A stretch of 32,000 nucleotides of DNA from Schaalia meyeri (GCF_900105015.1 NZ_FNLK01000005.1:427461-459460), one strand, 5' to 3'; counted from the stretch's first letter, positions 9,958-20,390 are shown. Made by a program: numbers and translations. Notes: generated by a model from the letters alone, not told the origin.

Positions 9958-10761
9958 TCACTTCACCACCGTGAGAATGTAGTCGGCCAGCGCGCGCCCG
10001 CCTTCGCCGGAGTCCTGAATGATCGTGCCGGAGCCATCGCGCGTGTTCTCTTCGCCGTGGGTGACGGCGGTCAGCGCGCGGCGCAGCGTCAGCGCCTGTC
10101 CGCCAGGAACCTCCACGAGGTCGTCGATCCCCCACTGCTCCATCGGCTTCTTTCGGGCGGCCTTCATGGCGGCGAAAGCCGGATAGCGGGGCTCGTTGAT
10201 CTGGTCGGTGACGGAGACAACAGCGGGCAGGGGTGCGCGCAGCGTCTCTGTGTAGCCGTCCACGGCGCGCTCGATCGTGACGGTGCCGTCTTGAATGCGC
10301 AGGGTGCGCGCCAGCCCCAGCATCGGCAGGTGGGCTTTGGCTGCGAGGGCCGCGGGCAGCATGGAGGTCATCGCATCCAGCGAGGCCATGCCGGTGATCA
10401 CCAGATCGATAGGCCCGTCTTCGTCAGCAATCTTGGCAATCGCGACGGAAAGCACGGAGGCCGTCGTGATGACGTCGGATCCCTCAAGGAAATCATCGGA
10501 GACCAGGTAGGCGCGGTCGGCACCCATCTGCAGGGCGCGCATGAGCGCATCCTCGGCGTCCTCGGGCCCCATCGTCAGGGCGATGACCTCGGCCTCGCGC
10601 CCCGCTTCCTCTTCCGCTTCCTTCAAGCCGACGGCGGCCTCGACAGCGTTCTCGTCCAGCTCGTTCAAAACATCGTCCTCACCGCGCACCAGGCGGCCGC
10701 CCTCAAAGCGGCGTTCGGACTGCACATCCGGGACATGCTTCACACACACGACAATTCTCAT
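9958..10761 (-). CDS. etfB: electron transfer flavoprotein subunit beta
   Basis: 267 aa starting MRIVVCVKHVPD...NELDENAVEAA, a typical EtfB N-terminus. Only 1 nt separates it from etfA. Confidence 0.9.
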   Translation of the reverse strand: MRIVVCVKHVPDVQSERRFEGGRLVRGEDDVLNELDENAVEAAVGLKEAEEEAGREAEVIALTMGPEDAEDALMRALQMGADRAYLVSDDFLEGSDVITTASVLSVAIAKIADEDGPIDLVITGMASLDAMTSMLPAALAAKAHLPMLGLARTLRIQDGTVTIERAVDGYTETLRAPLPAVVSVTDQINEPRYPAFAAMKAARKKPMEQWGIDDLVEVPGGQALTLRRALTAVTHGEENTRDGSGTIIQDSGEGGRALADYILTVVK

Positions 10762-10948
10762 GCCTTCTAGCGTGCCACATTCCGCGCCCCGCGCCCATAT
10801 GAGGGTTCCCTCACCGGCCCGTTCCGCCCGTCACGGATGCGCGGCCCCCTCCGATCCGCCCACCCAGTTAACGGTCACGTATGATGGGGGCGCCTGTGCC
10901 CATCAGGCTAGGGCACGGCCAGTCGTTCGTCAGGAGGAGGCACGTTTT

Positions 10949-13237
10949 ATGTCCGAGCGCTCAGGCTCGTCCCGCGTCCCCACCGTGCGCGTCACCGCAC
11001 CCAATCCGGTGCCCACCCGCCTGGGCGTCTACCCATCGGGGGACGGGCTTGACGTCGCCGTGGTCGCGCGGGAGGCCCACGGCGTGGACATGTGCATCTT
11101 CGACCAGGCGGGGGCTGAGACGCGTTTTTCTCTGCTCGGCCCGCACGCGGGCGTGTGGCACGGGCATATCCCCGGCTTCGGTCCGGGTACTCGCTACGGA
11201 TTCCGCGCGCACGGGCCGTGGGACCCGGACGGCGGCTTGTTCTTTAACTCCCACAAGCTGCTGCTGGATCCGTACGGCAGAGGCCTCGAGGGGGTCGTGG
11301 ACCTCAGGCCCGCGGTGTACGCACACTGCGTGGACGAGGAACTGTACCCCTTGGAGTACCCGATGCGCCGCTCCCCCCTCGACTCGGCCCCGCACATGCC
11401 GCGCTCGGTCGTCGTCGATCCGTCCTTCCCCATCGCGCCCAATCCTCGCACGCCGTGGGAGACGACGGTCATCTACGAAATCCACGTTAAGGGTTTCACC
11501 AAGAACATGCCCGGCGTGCCCCCCCAGCTGCGCGGCACCTACGCCGGCCTGGCCCACCCGGCCTCCGTGTCCTACCTCAAGGACCTGGGCATCACGGCCG
11601 TCGAGCTGCTGCCCGTGCACGCCAAGTGCGATGAGCCCTTCCTCACGGAACGAGGCCTGACGAACTACTGGGGATACTCCACCCTGTCCTTCTTCGCCCC
11701 GGAGCCCTCCTACGCGACCGCCGACTCGCGCGCCCGCGGCGCGCAGGCCATAGTTGACGAGTTCCGCGGCATGGTGTCCCTGCTGCATCAGGCCGGCATC
11801 GAGGTCATTCTGGACGTCGTCTACAACCACACCTGCGAGGGCGGTGACGCGGGGCCCTCCCTGTCGTGGCGCGGCCTGGACTCCGACATGTACTACCGCC
11901 ACACGTCCACGCGACCGGTGCAGACCATCGACGTGACCGGCACGGGCAACACGGTGAACGTGGATCACCCGAAGACCATCCAGATGGTGCTGGACTCCCT
12001 GCGCTACTGGGCCCGCGACATGGGTGTGGACGGCTTCCGTTTCGACCTGGCCGCCACGCTGGGGCGTTTCGCGACCGGCTTCAGCCCCATGCATCCACTC
12101 CTCATCGCCATGGCCACCGACGACGTGCTGGCCCATGCGAAACTGATCGCAGAGCCGTGGGACGTGGGTCCCGGCGGCTGGCAGACGGGCAATTTCCCCG
12201 TGCCCTTCTCTGAGTGGAACGACCACTACCGGGGTGCCCTGCGTAACTTCTGGCTCGCGGACGTGCGCGCCCAGGCCTCGGGACACGTCGTTTCGGGCCC
12301 CAACGATCTGGCGACCCGCTTGTCAGGCTCCCAGGATGTTTTCGAGCACGGGCTCGGGCGTCTTCGGGGGCCGCGCGCCTCCGTCAACTTCGTGACCGCC
12401 CACGACGGCTTCACGCTGGCGGATCTGAGCGCCTACGACCATAAGCACAACACGGCGAACCTGGAAAACAATCGCGACGGGTCCAACGACAATCGCTCGT
12501 GGAACCACGGCGTCGAAGGAACGCTGGCGTCAAATGGCACTCCCCCGAACGCGCTCACGCCCTATGCGATCCTCTCGGACATGACGATCGCCGACCTGCG
12601 CGCCCGCTCCCAACGCAACATCCTGGCCACGATGTTCGTCTCCTCTGGCACGCCGATGTTGCTGGGTGGCGACGAATTCGGGCGCACCCAGTACGGCAAC
12701 AACAACGCCTACTGTCAGGACGACCCGATTTCGTGGATCGACTGGGACCTGGCCGAGGGGCAGCAGGCACAGATCGACGCCGTGTCCTGGCTGATCGCTC
12801 TGCGCAAGGCCCACCCGGTGCTGCGACCCGACCGTTTCGCCACGGGTCAGCCTTTCGGCGGGGACACGATCCCCGACCTCTCGTGGTACACGGCCCAGGG
12901 CACGCCAATGCCGGACTACGGGTGGACGGACTCTCGTCACCGAACGTTCCAGATGCTGCGCTCGGGCCTGAAGTGGGGAGACCGCGACGCCTTGATCATC
13001 ATTAACGCGAACCTGGACGACGCGGAGGTGACACTCCCGGCGGGCCACGACCTGGATTGGTTGATCGCCTATTCAACCGTGTGGGATTCCCCCGCGCAGG
13101 GGGGCGTCGGTTCCTCGCGCAACCCGGGCGAGCTCTCACTCGAGGTTGAGCACGTCACCCCACGCTCCACGCTCACAGTCGAGGCGCTCTCCGTGTCCAT
13201 CCTGCTCTCGGATGTCTCCTTCCGGCCAGAGAACTGA
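10949..13237 (+). CDS. glgX: glycogen debranching enzyme (GH13, GlgX type)
   Basis: ORF 10541..13237, but its first 136 codons run antisense through etfB. The ATG at 10949 follows AGGAGGAGG (10932..10940). Contains KLLLDPYG, VILDVVYNHT, GFRFDLA and EPWD GH13 blocks. Confidence 0.9.
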   Translation: MSERSGSSRVPTVRVTAPNPVPTRLGVYPSGDGLDVAVVAREAHGVDMCIFDQAGAETRFSLLGPHAGVWHGHIPGFGPGTRYGFRAHGPWDPDGGLFFNSHKLLLDPYGRGLEGVVDLRPAVYAHCVDEELYPLEYPMRRSPLDSAPHMPRSVVVDPSFPIAPNPRTPWETTVIYEIHVKGFTKNMPGVPPQLRGTYAGLAHPASVSYLKDLGITAVELLPVHAKCDEPFLTERGLTNYWGYSTLSFFAPEPSYATADSRARGAQAIVDEFRGMVSLLHQAGIEVILDVVYNHTCEGGDAGPSLSWRGLDSDMYYRHTSTRPVQTIDVTGTGNTVNVDHPKTIQMVLDSLRYWARDMGVDGFRFDLAATLGRFATGFSPMHPLLIAMATDDVLAHAKLIAEPWDVGPGGWQTGNFPVPFSEWNDHYRGALRNFWLADVRAQASGHVVSGPNDLATRLSGSQDVFEHGLGRLRGPRASVNFVTAHDGFTLADLSAYDHKHNTANLENNRDGSNDNRSWNHGVEGTLASNGTPPNALTPYAILSDMTIADLRARSQRNILATMFVSSGTPMLLGGDEFGRTQYGNNNAYCQDDPISWIDWDLAEGQQAQIDAVSWLIALRKAHPVLRPDRFATGQPFGGDTIPDLSWYTAQGTPMPDYGWTDSRHRTFQMLRSGLKWGDRDALIIINANLDDAEVTLPAGHDLDWLIAYSTVWDSPAQGGVGSSRNPGELSLEVEHVTPRSTLTVEALSVSILLSDVSFRPEN

Positions 13238-13291
13238 TCGCCCGCACCCCACCGTTTCGCTTTCGCCCCACTCACTGGTTAGGATCGAGGC

Positions 13292-14392
13292 ATGACTCGC
13301 AGTGAAGATGCCCTGGAAACAGCCACCTCCGATGCTTCCCTGGCCCGCTCGAAAGCTCGCAGCGCCGAGATCGACCTGGCCATCGACCGTGATCCCTCGC
13401 GTTTCCGTATCCTGACGGGCGACCGCCCCACGGGACACCTGCATCTGGGCCACTACTTCGGCACCCTGCGGAACCGCGTTCTCCTCCAGGACCGCGGCGT
13501 CGAGACCTGGGTGTTGGTCGCCGACTACCAGGTCATCACGGACCGCGACGGCATGGGCCCCATTCGCGAGCGGGTTCTCGGCCTGGTTGCCGACTACCTC
13601 GCCGCGGGGATTGACCCGGGACGCTCGACGATCTTCAATCACTCGGCGGTGCCGGCGCTCAACCAGCTGATGCTGCCCTTCCTCTCGCTCGTCACCGAGT
13701 CGGAACTGCACCGCAATCCCACTGTGAAGGCGGAACTGGAGGCGGTCGAGGGGCGAGCGATGACCGGCCTCATGCTGACCTACCCCGTTCACCAGGCGGC
13801 GGACATCCTGTTTTGCAAGGCGAACATCGTTCCCGTGGGCCAGGACCAGCTGCCCCACCTGGAGCAGGCTCGCCTGATCGCGCAGCGTTTCGACAAGCGC
13901 TACGGTCGCGCAACGCCCGAGCGCCCCGTGTTCCCCCGTCCCGAGGCCCTCCTGTCCAAGGTGCCGCTGCTGCTGGGCACGGACGGACAGAAAATGTCCA
14001 AGTCTCGCGGAAACACGATCGAGCTGCGTATGAGCGCGGACGAGACCGCGAAGATCCTGAAGAAGGCAAAGACGGACGCCGAGCGTCGCATCACCTTCGA
14101 CCCCGAGGGGCGCCCCGAGGTCTCCAACCTGCTCATGCTCGCCTCCCTGGCGACGGACGAAGATCCGGCGGCCATCGCCGAGCGCGTCGGCGACGCCGGC
14201 GCGGGCGCGCTGAAGTCCCTCGTCACCGAATCCCTTAACGAGATGCTCGCCCCCCTGCGAGCGCGCCGCGCCGAGCTGATCGCTCACGAAGATTACCTGC
14301 TGTCCGTCCTGCATGAGGGCAACGACCGCGCCAACGAGCAGGCGAATCAGACGCTGTCTGACGTTCGTACGGCCATGCGGATGAACTACTAA
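13292..14392 (+). CDS. trpS: tryptophan--tRNA ligase
   Basis: 366 aa. Class-I motifs TGHLHLGH (HIGH) and KMSKS, with TrpRS-like length and blocks. Confidence 0.92.
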   Translation: MTRSEDALETATSDASLARSKARSAEIDLAIDRDPSRFRILTGDRPTGHLHLGHYFGTLRNRVLLQDRGVETWVLVADYQVITDRDGMGPIRERVLGLVADYLAAGIDPGRSTIFNHSAVPALNQLMLPFLSLVTESELHRNPTVKAELEAVEGRAMTGLMLTYPVHQAADILFCKANIVPVGQDQLPHLEQARLIAQRFDKRYGRATPERPVFPRPEALLSKVPLLLGTDGQKMSKSRGNTIELRMSADETAKILKKAKTDAERRITFDPEGRPEVSNLLMLASLATDEDPAAIAERVGDAGAGALKSLVTESLNEMLAPLRARRAELIAHEDYLLSVLHEGNDRANEQANQTLSDVRTAMRMNY

Positions 14393-14417
14393 TCCCTCAC
14401 ACACGATTGGAGGCCTC

Positions 14418-14675
14418 ATGGCTTACGGAAACTTCCCCGAGCATCCGGACGACAGCGTCGGCGGGTGGATGCTCACCCTCTTCATCACAACCATCCCGCT
14501 GGTCGGTTTCATCTACCTGCTGGTGTTGGCCTTCTCCTCCGGCGGTTCCCCCTCCAAGAGAAACTTTGCCCGGGCCCTGTTTATCTGGCAGATCATCGGT
14601 GCCGTCGTCACGATCATCTTGTTCGTTCTTTTCGGAACCGCAATCTGGGCCGCCCTGCAAAACGGCGTGCACTAG
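14418..14675 (+). CDS. small hypothetical membrane protein (2 predicted TM helices)
   Basis: 85 aa. GGAGG sits 5 nt upstream of the ATG. There are two hydrophobic helices (WMLTLFITTIPLVGFIYLLVLAF and LFIWQIIGAVVTIILFVLFGTAIWAAL). A strong terminator follows. Confidence 0.6.
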   Translation: MAYGNFPEHPDDSVGGWMLTLFITTIPLVGFIYLLVLAFSSGGSPSKRNFARALFIWQIIGAVVTIILFVLFGTAIWAALQNGVH

Positions 14676-14691
14676 AGCGCCGCAGGATCTC

Positions 14692-14730
14692 GCGGGGTGG
14701 CACCCATATGGGTGCCACCCCGCACCTTTT
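14692..14730 (+). terminator. intrinsic terminator after trpS and the small membrane gene
   Basis: Perfect 14-bp stem GCGGGGTGGCACCC/GGGTGCCACCCCGC with loop ATAT, then ACCTTTT. Confidence 0.7.
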
Positions 14731-14845
14731 GAGCGGGACGGTGGGCAGCCCCGCTCCGCCGCACGCCTACTTTCACGTCGAGGAGGAACCGGCTGAAATT
14801 TCATGGCCAACCAGCACTTTCGCCTGGGCGTACCCATAGGCTAGT

Positions 14846-16897
14846 GTGAGAAGCGTGAGCGAGAACCTGCTGCCCCGTATCCCGATCATTGAGGTGTTTC
14901 CCGTCGTCGAAGACGGCACACTTGCCGCCAAGGCGACCGAAGGCGAGCCTTTCCCCATTCGCGCGACCGTTTTCCGCGAAGGGCACGACGCTTTCGCCGC
15001 CGAGGCCGTCCTGTTGCGTCCTGACGGGGGTGAGCACTCCCGTACGCGCATGGTCGACATTGCGCCCGGCCTGGACCGTTACGAGGCATGGGTGGCCGCC
15101 GACGCCCCCGGCGCCTGGTCGTTCCGCGTGGACTCGTGGGCGGACCCCTACGCGACGTGGCGCCAGAGCGCAACCGTCAAGGTGGGCGCGGGCGTCGACG
15201 TGGAGCTCATGCTGGAAGAGGGCGCCCGCCTCATGGAACGCGCGGCCGCGGGCAGCGCCCACGCAAACGCATCCCAGGAGCGCCCGTCCCCCTCGGACAT
15301 TGATATCTTGAACGATGCTGCGCGCCGGTTGCGCGACACCACGCACTCCGCGCAGCAGCGCCTCTCCGCGGGCATCTCCTCTCGCGTTCGCCTCACCTTC
15401 CGTGACCACCCGCTGCGAGACCTCATCGGTTCCTCGCGGATCTACCGGCTGGATGTCGCCCGCACGAAGGCCCTGGCGGGAGCGTGGTACGAGATTTTCC
15501 CGCGCTCCGCTGGCGCTTTCCAGCGCCCCGACGGTTCCTGGGTGTCCGGCACCCTGGAGCATGCGGCCGAGGATCTCCCGCGCATCGCGGACATGGGCTT
15601 CGACGTGGTGTACCTGACCCCGATTCACCCGATCGGTACCACTTATCGAAAGGGCAAGAACAACTCGCTGACCGCCGCACCCGGCGATCCCGGTTCCCCC
15701 TACGGCATCGGCTCCCCCGAGGGCGGGCACGACGCCATTCACCCGGACCTGGGTGACTTCGGCGACTTCGACCGCTTTGTCGCGCGCGCCCGCCACCTGG
15801 GCCTGGAGGTCGCCCTGGACCTGGCCCTCCAGTGTTCGCCCGACCACCCGTGGGTGACCGACCACCCCGAATGGTTTACCACGCGCGCCGACGGCACCAT
15901 CGCGTACGCGGAGAACCCCCCGAAGAAGTACCAGGATATCTACCCGCTGAATTTCGACAACGACCCGGAGGGCATCTACAACGCCATCCGAGACGTCATT
16001 GAGGTGTGGATCCGCCACGGCGTGACGATTTTCCGCGTGGACAACCCGCACACGAAGCCCATCCCTTTCTGGGAGCGCATGCTCGCCGACGTTAAGGGTG
16101 CCCACCCGGGCACGCTCTTCCTGGCCGAGGCATTCACCCGCCCCGCGATGATGCGCACTCTCGGAGCGGTCGGCTTCGACCAGTCCTACACCTACTTTGC
16201 GTGGCGGACTGCCAAGCGGGAGATCGAGGAGTACCTGCTTGAGGTCTCCCAGGACACCGCGCACCTTATGCGACCCGCGTTCTGGCCGACCACGCACGAC
16301 ATTCTCACCCCGCAGATGTGGGATGGCGGTACCGCGATCTTTGCGATCCGCGCGATGCTCGCCGCGCTGGGGTCGCCCACCTGGGGAATCTATTCGGGCT
16401 ACGAGTTTGTCGAGAACGAGCCGCGCGGCGCCTTCCAGGAGCCGAATGACAACGAAAAGTACGAGTTCCGCCCCCGCCGGTGGGAGCTGGCCGACGACAT
16501 CGGCATCTCGCGCCTATTCACCCTGCTCAATGCGGCGCGCGCCAAGCACCCCGCGCTGCGCCAGCTCCACCAGATCCGCATCCACCCCACCTCCTCGGAT
16601 CGCCTGATCGCGTTCTCTCGTCAGGTGTCGGGCAAGTTCACGGACGACGGCACACCCGATACCGTCATCTGCGTGATCTCCCTGGATCCGCACAACGGCG
16701 TGGATGGCTCGGTCGAGCTCGACTTGGAGGCCATGGGCCTGGCCACGCCCGGCGGACACATCACGGTCGTCGATGAGCTGGATGGGCGCTCCTACGTGTG
16801 GGGGTCCTCTAACTGGGTGTCGTTGTCCCCCGTGACCCGCATCGGCCACGTATTCAAGGTGGAGCCCGCCCACTCATCGCCCTGGGCGCAGGCCTGA
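14846..16897 (+). CDS. glgE: alpha-1,4-glucan:maltose-1-phosphate maltosyltransferase
   Basis: 683 aa. The N-terminus (IPIIEVFPVVEDG...FPIRATVFREGHD) and the GH13_3 core (FRVDNPHTKP, FLAEAFT) are GlgE-typical. GTG start at 14846, with an alternative GTG at 14855. Confidence 0.9.
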   Translation: MRSVSENLLPRIPIIEVFPVVEDGTLAAKATEGEPFPIRATVFREGHDAFAAEAVLLRPDGGEHSRTRMVDIAPGLDRYEAWVAADAPGAWSFRVDSWADPYATWRQSATVKVGAGVDVELMLEEGARLMERAAAGSAHANASQERPSPSDIDILNDAARRLRDTTHSAQQRLSAGISSRVRLTFRDHPLRDLIGSSRIYRLDVARTKALAGAWYEIFPRSAGAFQRPDGSWVSGTLEHAAEDLPRIADMGFDVVYLTPIHPIGTTYRKGKNNSLTAAPGDPGSPYGIGSPEGGHDAIHPDLGDFGDFDRFVARARHLGLEVALDLALQCSPDHPWVTDHPEWFTTRADGTIAYAENPPKKYQDIYPLNFDNDPEGIYNAIRDVIEVWIRHGVTIFRVDNPHTKPIPFWERMLADVKGAHPGTLFLAEAFTRPAMMRTLGAVGFDQSYTYFAWRTAKREIEEYLLEVSQDTAHLMRPAFWPTTHDILTPQMWDGGTAIFAIRAMLAALGSPTWGIYSGYEFVENEPRGAFQEPNDNEKYEFRPRRWELADDIGISRLFTLLNAARAKHPALRQLHQIRIHPTSSDRLIAFSRQVSGKFTDDGTPDTVICVISLDPHNGVDGSVELDLEAMGLATPGGHITVVDELDGRSYVWGSSNWVSLSPVTRIGHVFKVEPAHSSPWAQA

Positions 16898-16907
16898 CGC
16901 CCGCGCG

Positions 16908-16927
16908 GTGTACGGCGCGCCGTACAC
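16908..16927. repeat. perfect 20-bp palindrome GTGTACGGCGCGCCGTACAC just after the glgE stop
   Basis: Self-complementary by inspection and 11 nt past the stop at 16897. No T-tract follows. Confidence 0.6.
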
Positions 16928-17040
16928 TGCGCCCTATTCGCCCATCGATCTGAGACCGGCTCCCGATTTCGCCGGCCAGACGTTAGACTACAGACACCAG
17001 TGAACTGAGCGGTTCACACCACCTGGAGTAAGGAAAATCC

Positions 17041-19236
17041 ATGAGCTGCGAACTTACGCCGATCCCGGTCAATGACGACATCCTCGACGCCGTTGCCTCA
17101 GGCTCCTACTACTCGCCGCACTCCGTGCTCGGCGCGCACCTTGGCGACACGGGGGTCACGATTCGCACGGTCGCCCACCTGGCTGACGCCGTCGACATCA
17201 TCACGCCCACCGGGGCCTACGCCGCCTCCCACGAATACGGAGGCGTGTGGGTTGCAGCCCTGCCCGGCAAGGAGGTTCCCGCCTACCGCGTGTCCGTCAC
17301 CTACGGGGAGGACACTACTGTCCGCGACGACCCCTACCGCTATCTGCCCACCCTGGGCGAGATGGACACTTACCTGATCTCCGAGGGACGCCACGAGAAC
17401 CTCTGGAAGGTCTTGGGCGCGCACGTGAAGACCTACACCGACGAGCTGGGCGAGACCACCGGCACGGCGTTTGCCGTGTGGGCGCCCAACGCGCGCGCCG
17501 TGCGCGTCGTCGGAGAGTTTAACTACTGGGATGGCACAGCCACCTCCATGCGTTCGCTCGGTTCCTCCGGCGTGTGGGAGATCTTCGTCCCCGAGGTCGG
17601 CGTGGGCGCTCGCTACAAGTTCGAGCTCCAAGGTCCCGGCGGCAACTGGTTCCAAAAGGCCGATCCTTTGGCCCGCGCCACGGAGATTCCCCCGGCCACG
17701 GCCTCGGTCGTAACCGACTATTTCCACACGTGGACCGACCAGGAATGGATGGATTCCAGGAAGGATGGCAACGTCCACGGCGGCCCCATGTCCGTCTACG
17801 AGGTGCACGCCGGTTCGTGGCGTCAGGGACTGGGCTATCGCGAGCTGGCCGACGAGCTGGTCCCCTACGTCAAGCAGATGGGATTCACGCACGTAGAGTT
17901 CATGCCGCTGGCCGAGCACCCCTTCGGCGGCTCGTGGGGATACCAGGTGACCTCGTATTTTGCTCCCACGTCGCGCTACGGAACGCCGGACGACTTCCGT
18001 TACCTGGTTGATGCCTTCCACCGCGAGGGCATCGGCGTCATCCTCGACTGGGTGCCCGCACACTTCCCGAAGGACGATTTCGCGCTGGCCCGCTTCGACG
18101 GCACCCCGCTGTACGAGGACCCCGACCCGCTGCGTGGCGAGCACCCGGACTGGGGCACCTACGTGTTCAATTTCGGCCGCCGCGAGGTGCGCAACTTCCT
18201 GGTCGCGAACGCCCTGTACTGGCTGGAAGACTTCCACATTGATGGCCTGCGCGTCGACGCGGTCGCCTCGATGCTCTACCTGGACTACTCGCGCAAGGAC
18301 GGCCAGTGGCGTCCGAACCAGTACGGCGGGCGCGAGAACCTGGAGGCCATCGATTTCATCCAGGAGGCGAACGCGACCGCGTACCGCCGCCACCCAGGCA
18401 TCGTGATGATCGCCGAGGAGTCCACGGCGTGGCCGGGCGTGACCGCTCCGACCAGCGGCGGTGGCCTAGGTTACGGCATGAAGTGGAACATGGGGTGGAT
18501 GAACGACACCCTGCGTTACCTGAGCGAGGATCCGGTGAATCGTCGGTGGCATCACGGCGAGCTGACCTTCTCGCTGGTGTACGCGTTCTCCGAGAACTAC
18601 GTGCTGCCGCTGTCGCACGACGAGGTCGTGCACGGCAAGGGATCGCTCATCTCGAAGATGCCGGGCGATAAGTGGCAGCGTCTCGCCGGCCTGCGTTCCC
18701 TCTACGCCTACCAGTGGAGCCACCCGGGCAAGCAGCTCATCTTCATGGGCCAGGAGATCGGCCAGGAACAGGAGTGGAACGAATCCTACTCCCTGGACTG
18801 GTGGCTCATGGATCAGGAGGGGCACGCGGGGGTGGCGCACCTGGTTGAGCGCCTCAACCGGATCTACACCTCCTCCCCCGCCATGTGGGACGACGACTAC
18901 ACGGGATTCGAGTGGATCGACGCCTCCGACGGCGACCACAACCTGATCTCTTACCTGCGTAAGGGGTCGGACGCCGACGGCAACCGCGAGGTCGTGGTGT
19001 GCGTGTCCAACTTTGCGGGTAATCCGCACGAGGGCTACCGGGTCGGCCTGCCTTTCGGCGGCGAATGGGTGGAGATTATGAACACCGATGCCGAAGAGTT
19101 CGGCGGTTCGGGAGTGGTCAACGTCGGTACGATTATCGCCGAGGACACCCCGTGGAACGGCCGCCCGGTGTCCGCTCAGCTGCGCGTCCCGCCACTGGGT
19201 GCCGTATGGCTGGCGCCCGCCTCGCAGGTGCGCTGA
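17041..19236 (+). CDS. glgB: 1,4-alpha-glucan branching enzyme
   Basis: 731 aa. The ATG is preceded by GGAGTAAGGAAA. Contains the GH13 branching-enzyme blocks [32 protein letters not shown] and [10 protein letters not shown]. Confidence 0.93.
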   Translation: MSCELTPIPVNDDILDAVASGSYYSPHSVLGAHLGDTGVTIRTVAHLADAVDIITPTGAYAASHEYGGVWVAALPGKEVPAYRVSVTYGEDTTVRDDPYRYLPTLGEMDTYLISEGRHENLWKVLGAHVKTYTDELGETTGTAFAVWAPNARAVRVVGEFNYWDGTATSMRSLGSSGVWEIFVPEVGVGARYKFELQGPGGNWFQKADPLARATEIPPATASVVTDYFHTWTDQEWMDSRKDGNVHGGPMSVYEVHAGSWRQGLGYRELADELVPYVKQMGFTHVEFMPLAEHPFGGSWGYQVTSYFAPTSRYGTPDDFRYLVDAFHREGIGVILDWVPAHFPKDDFALARFDGTPLYEDPDPLRGEHPDWGTYVFNFGRREVRNFLVANALYWLEDFHIDGLRVDAVASMLYLDYSRKDGQWRPNQYGGRENLEAIDFIQEANATAYRRHPGIVMIAEESTAWPGVTAPTSGGGLGYGMKWNMGWMNDTLRYLSEDPVNRRWHHGELTFSLVYAFSENYVLPLSHDEVVHGKGSLISKMPGDKWQRLAGLRSLYAYQWSHPGKQLIFMGQEIGQEQEWNESYSLDWWLMDQEGHAGVAHLVERLNRIYTSSPAMWDDDYTGFEWIDASDGDHNLISYLRKGSDADGNREVVVCVSNFAGNPHEGYRVGLPFGGEWVEIMNTDAEEFGGSGVVNVGTIIAEDTPWNGRPVSAQLRVPPLGAVWLAPASQVR

Positions 19237-19258
19237 CCGCTTCCTTCCGTTATCAGGG

Positions 19259-19294
19259 ACGAGGCCGGGGCTGGGAAAACAGCTCCGGCCTCGT
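19259..19294. terminator. hairpin between the convergent glgB and thioredoxin-like genes
   Basis: 10-bp stem ACGAGGCCGG/CCGGCCTCGT with a 16-nt loop. There is no clear U-tract on either strand. Confidence 0.4.
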
Positions 19295-19433
19295 TCGCGA
19301 TCATCGCGTGTCGTGCGCGGGTAAACGCCGTCGGGCTTGCAAGAAATCCGCTCGTCCCCGGTCTGTTAGACCGTTCCGATGGTAGCACTTGCGACCCGAT
19401 GAGTTCGCGTCGGGGCCCCTCGCGGCTGCATTC

Positions 19434-20342
19434 TCACATGAGCAGCATCGCCAGGCGCGTGCGCGCTTTTGTCACCTCGGGGGTCGATCCGGCGACGCGG
19501 AAGAGGTCGAGCAGGCGCAGGCGCAGAGCGTCGCGTTCCCGGTCGTCGGTGGCCGATCCGATCAGGTTGAGCAGCGCATCGAAGGCTACGGCGGCGTCGC
19601 CCGCCGCGAAGAGGGCGTCGGCGCGCGCGGCGGGATCCGAGCGGTCGGCGTCGGCGCTGCGCGCCGCGAGGCGCACGCGAGACAGGTGCGCCTTGGCGGC
19701 TTCGTCACGCGGGTTCAGCTCGATGACCTTCTCCCAGCCCGCGATCGCTTCGTCCAGGCGTCCCTCGGCCTCGGCGGAGAGCGGTGCCTCGTGTTCGGGA
19801 GGGATCGGGGCCACCGTATCCGCCGCGGCAACGGCGATGCGCGCCGTTACGCCCATCTGAGCGGCGGCCTCGAGAACCTGTGCAATAACGGGAAGCACCT
19901 GTTCCTTCGCCGCGCTCCCCTGGAAGAGCGGAACGGGGCGTCCACCCACCAGGGCGACGACCGTGGGAACGGCCTGGATTTGGAAGGCCTGTGCGATCTG
20001 CGGGGCCTGGTCGATGTCGATCTCGACCAGCTGGAACGCGCCCGCCTGCTCGCGCGTTATCGCCTCCAGCATGGCCAGGGTCGGCTTCGACTCCAGGGAT
20101 CGGGAGGACCACATGACGAGGACGACCGGGACGGTCTGCGACGTTGACAGGACTCCCTCAAAATCGGCCTCGCCTATAGATGTGATGAGTGGCAGGTGCA
20201 ACCCCTCTCCGGCCGGAGGTGCCGTGGGCGTGTCCTCCCGGGTGAGCGCGGTCGCGCGCGCCGACAGATCGATAGCTCCGTGCGAATCGGCGGGAGTCGG
20301 GGCCGCCTCGGGCGCTGCGGAACGTGAATCTGACGTGTTCAT
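19434..20342 (-). CDS. thioredoxin-fold plus TPR-like co-chaperone-type protein (YbbN/CnoX-like, no CxxC)
   Basis: 302 aa. The thioredoxin-like segment VPVVLVMWSSRSLES has WSSRS in place of WCGPC. The C-terminal half is helical and TPR-like. Confidence 0.8.
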   Translation of the reverse strand: MNTSDSRSAAPEAAPTPADSHGAIDLSARATALTREDTPTAPPAGEGLHLPLITSIGEADFEGVLSTSQTVPVVLVMWSSRSLESKPTLAMLEAITREQAGAFQLVEIDIDQAPQIAQAFQIQAVPTVVALVGGRPVPLFQGSAAKEQVLPVIAQVLEAAAQMGVTARIAVAAADTVAPIPPEHEAPLSAEAEGRLDEAIAGWEKVIELNPRDEAAKAHLSRVRLAARSADADRSDPAARADALFAAGDAAVAFDALLNLIGSATDDRERDALRLRLLDLFRVAGSTPEVTKARTRLAMLLM

Positions 20343-20390
20343 CGTGGTCCTATCTAACTTAAGTTTTCTTCCTACTCGATGATAGGCGTA

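Noticed and set aside
10541-10948. Upstream 136 codons of the 898-aa glgX ORF, and similarly 8983..9330 of the cysteine-desulfurase ORF
   Set aside because: Both extensions overlap well-supported genes (etfB on the opposite strand for the glgX extension, etfA in another frame of the same strand for the desulfurase extension). Downstream starts with an RBS (10949) or a GTGA coupling (8982) fit the protein families.
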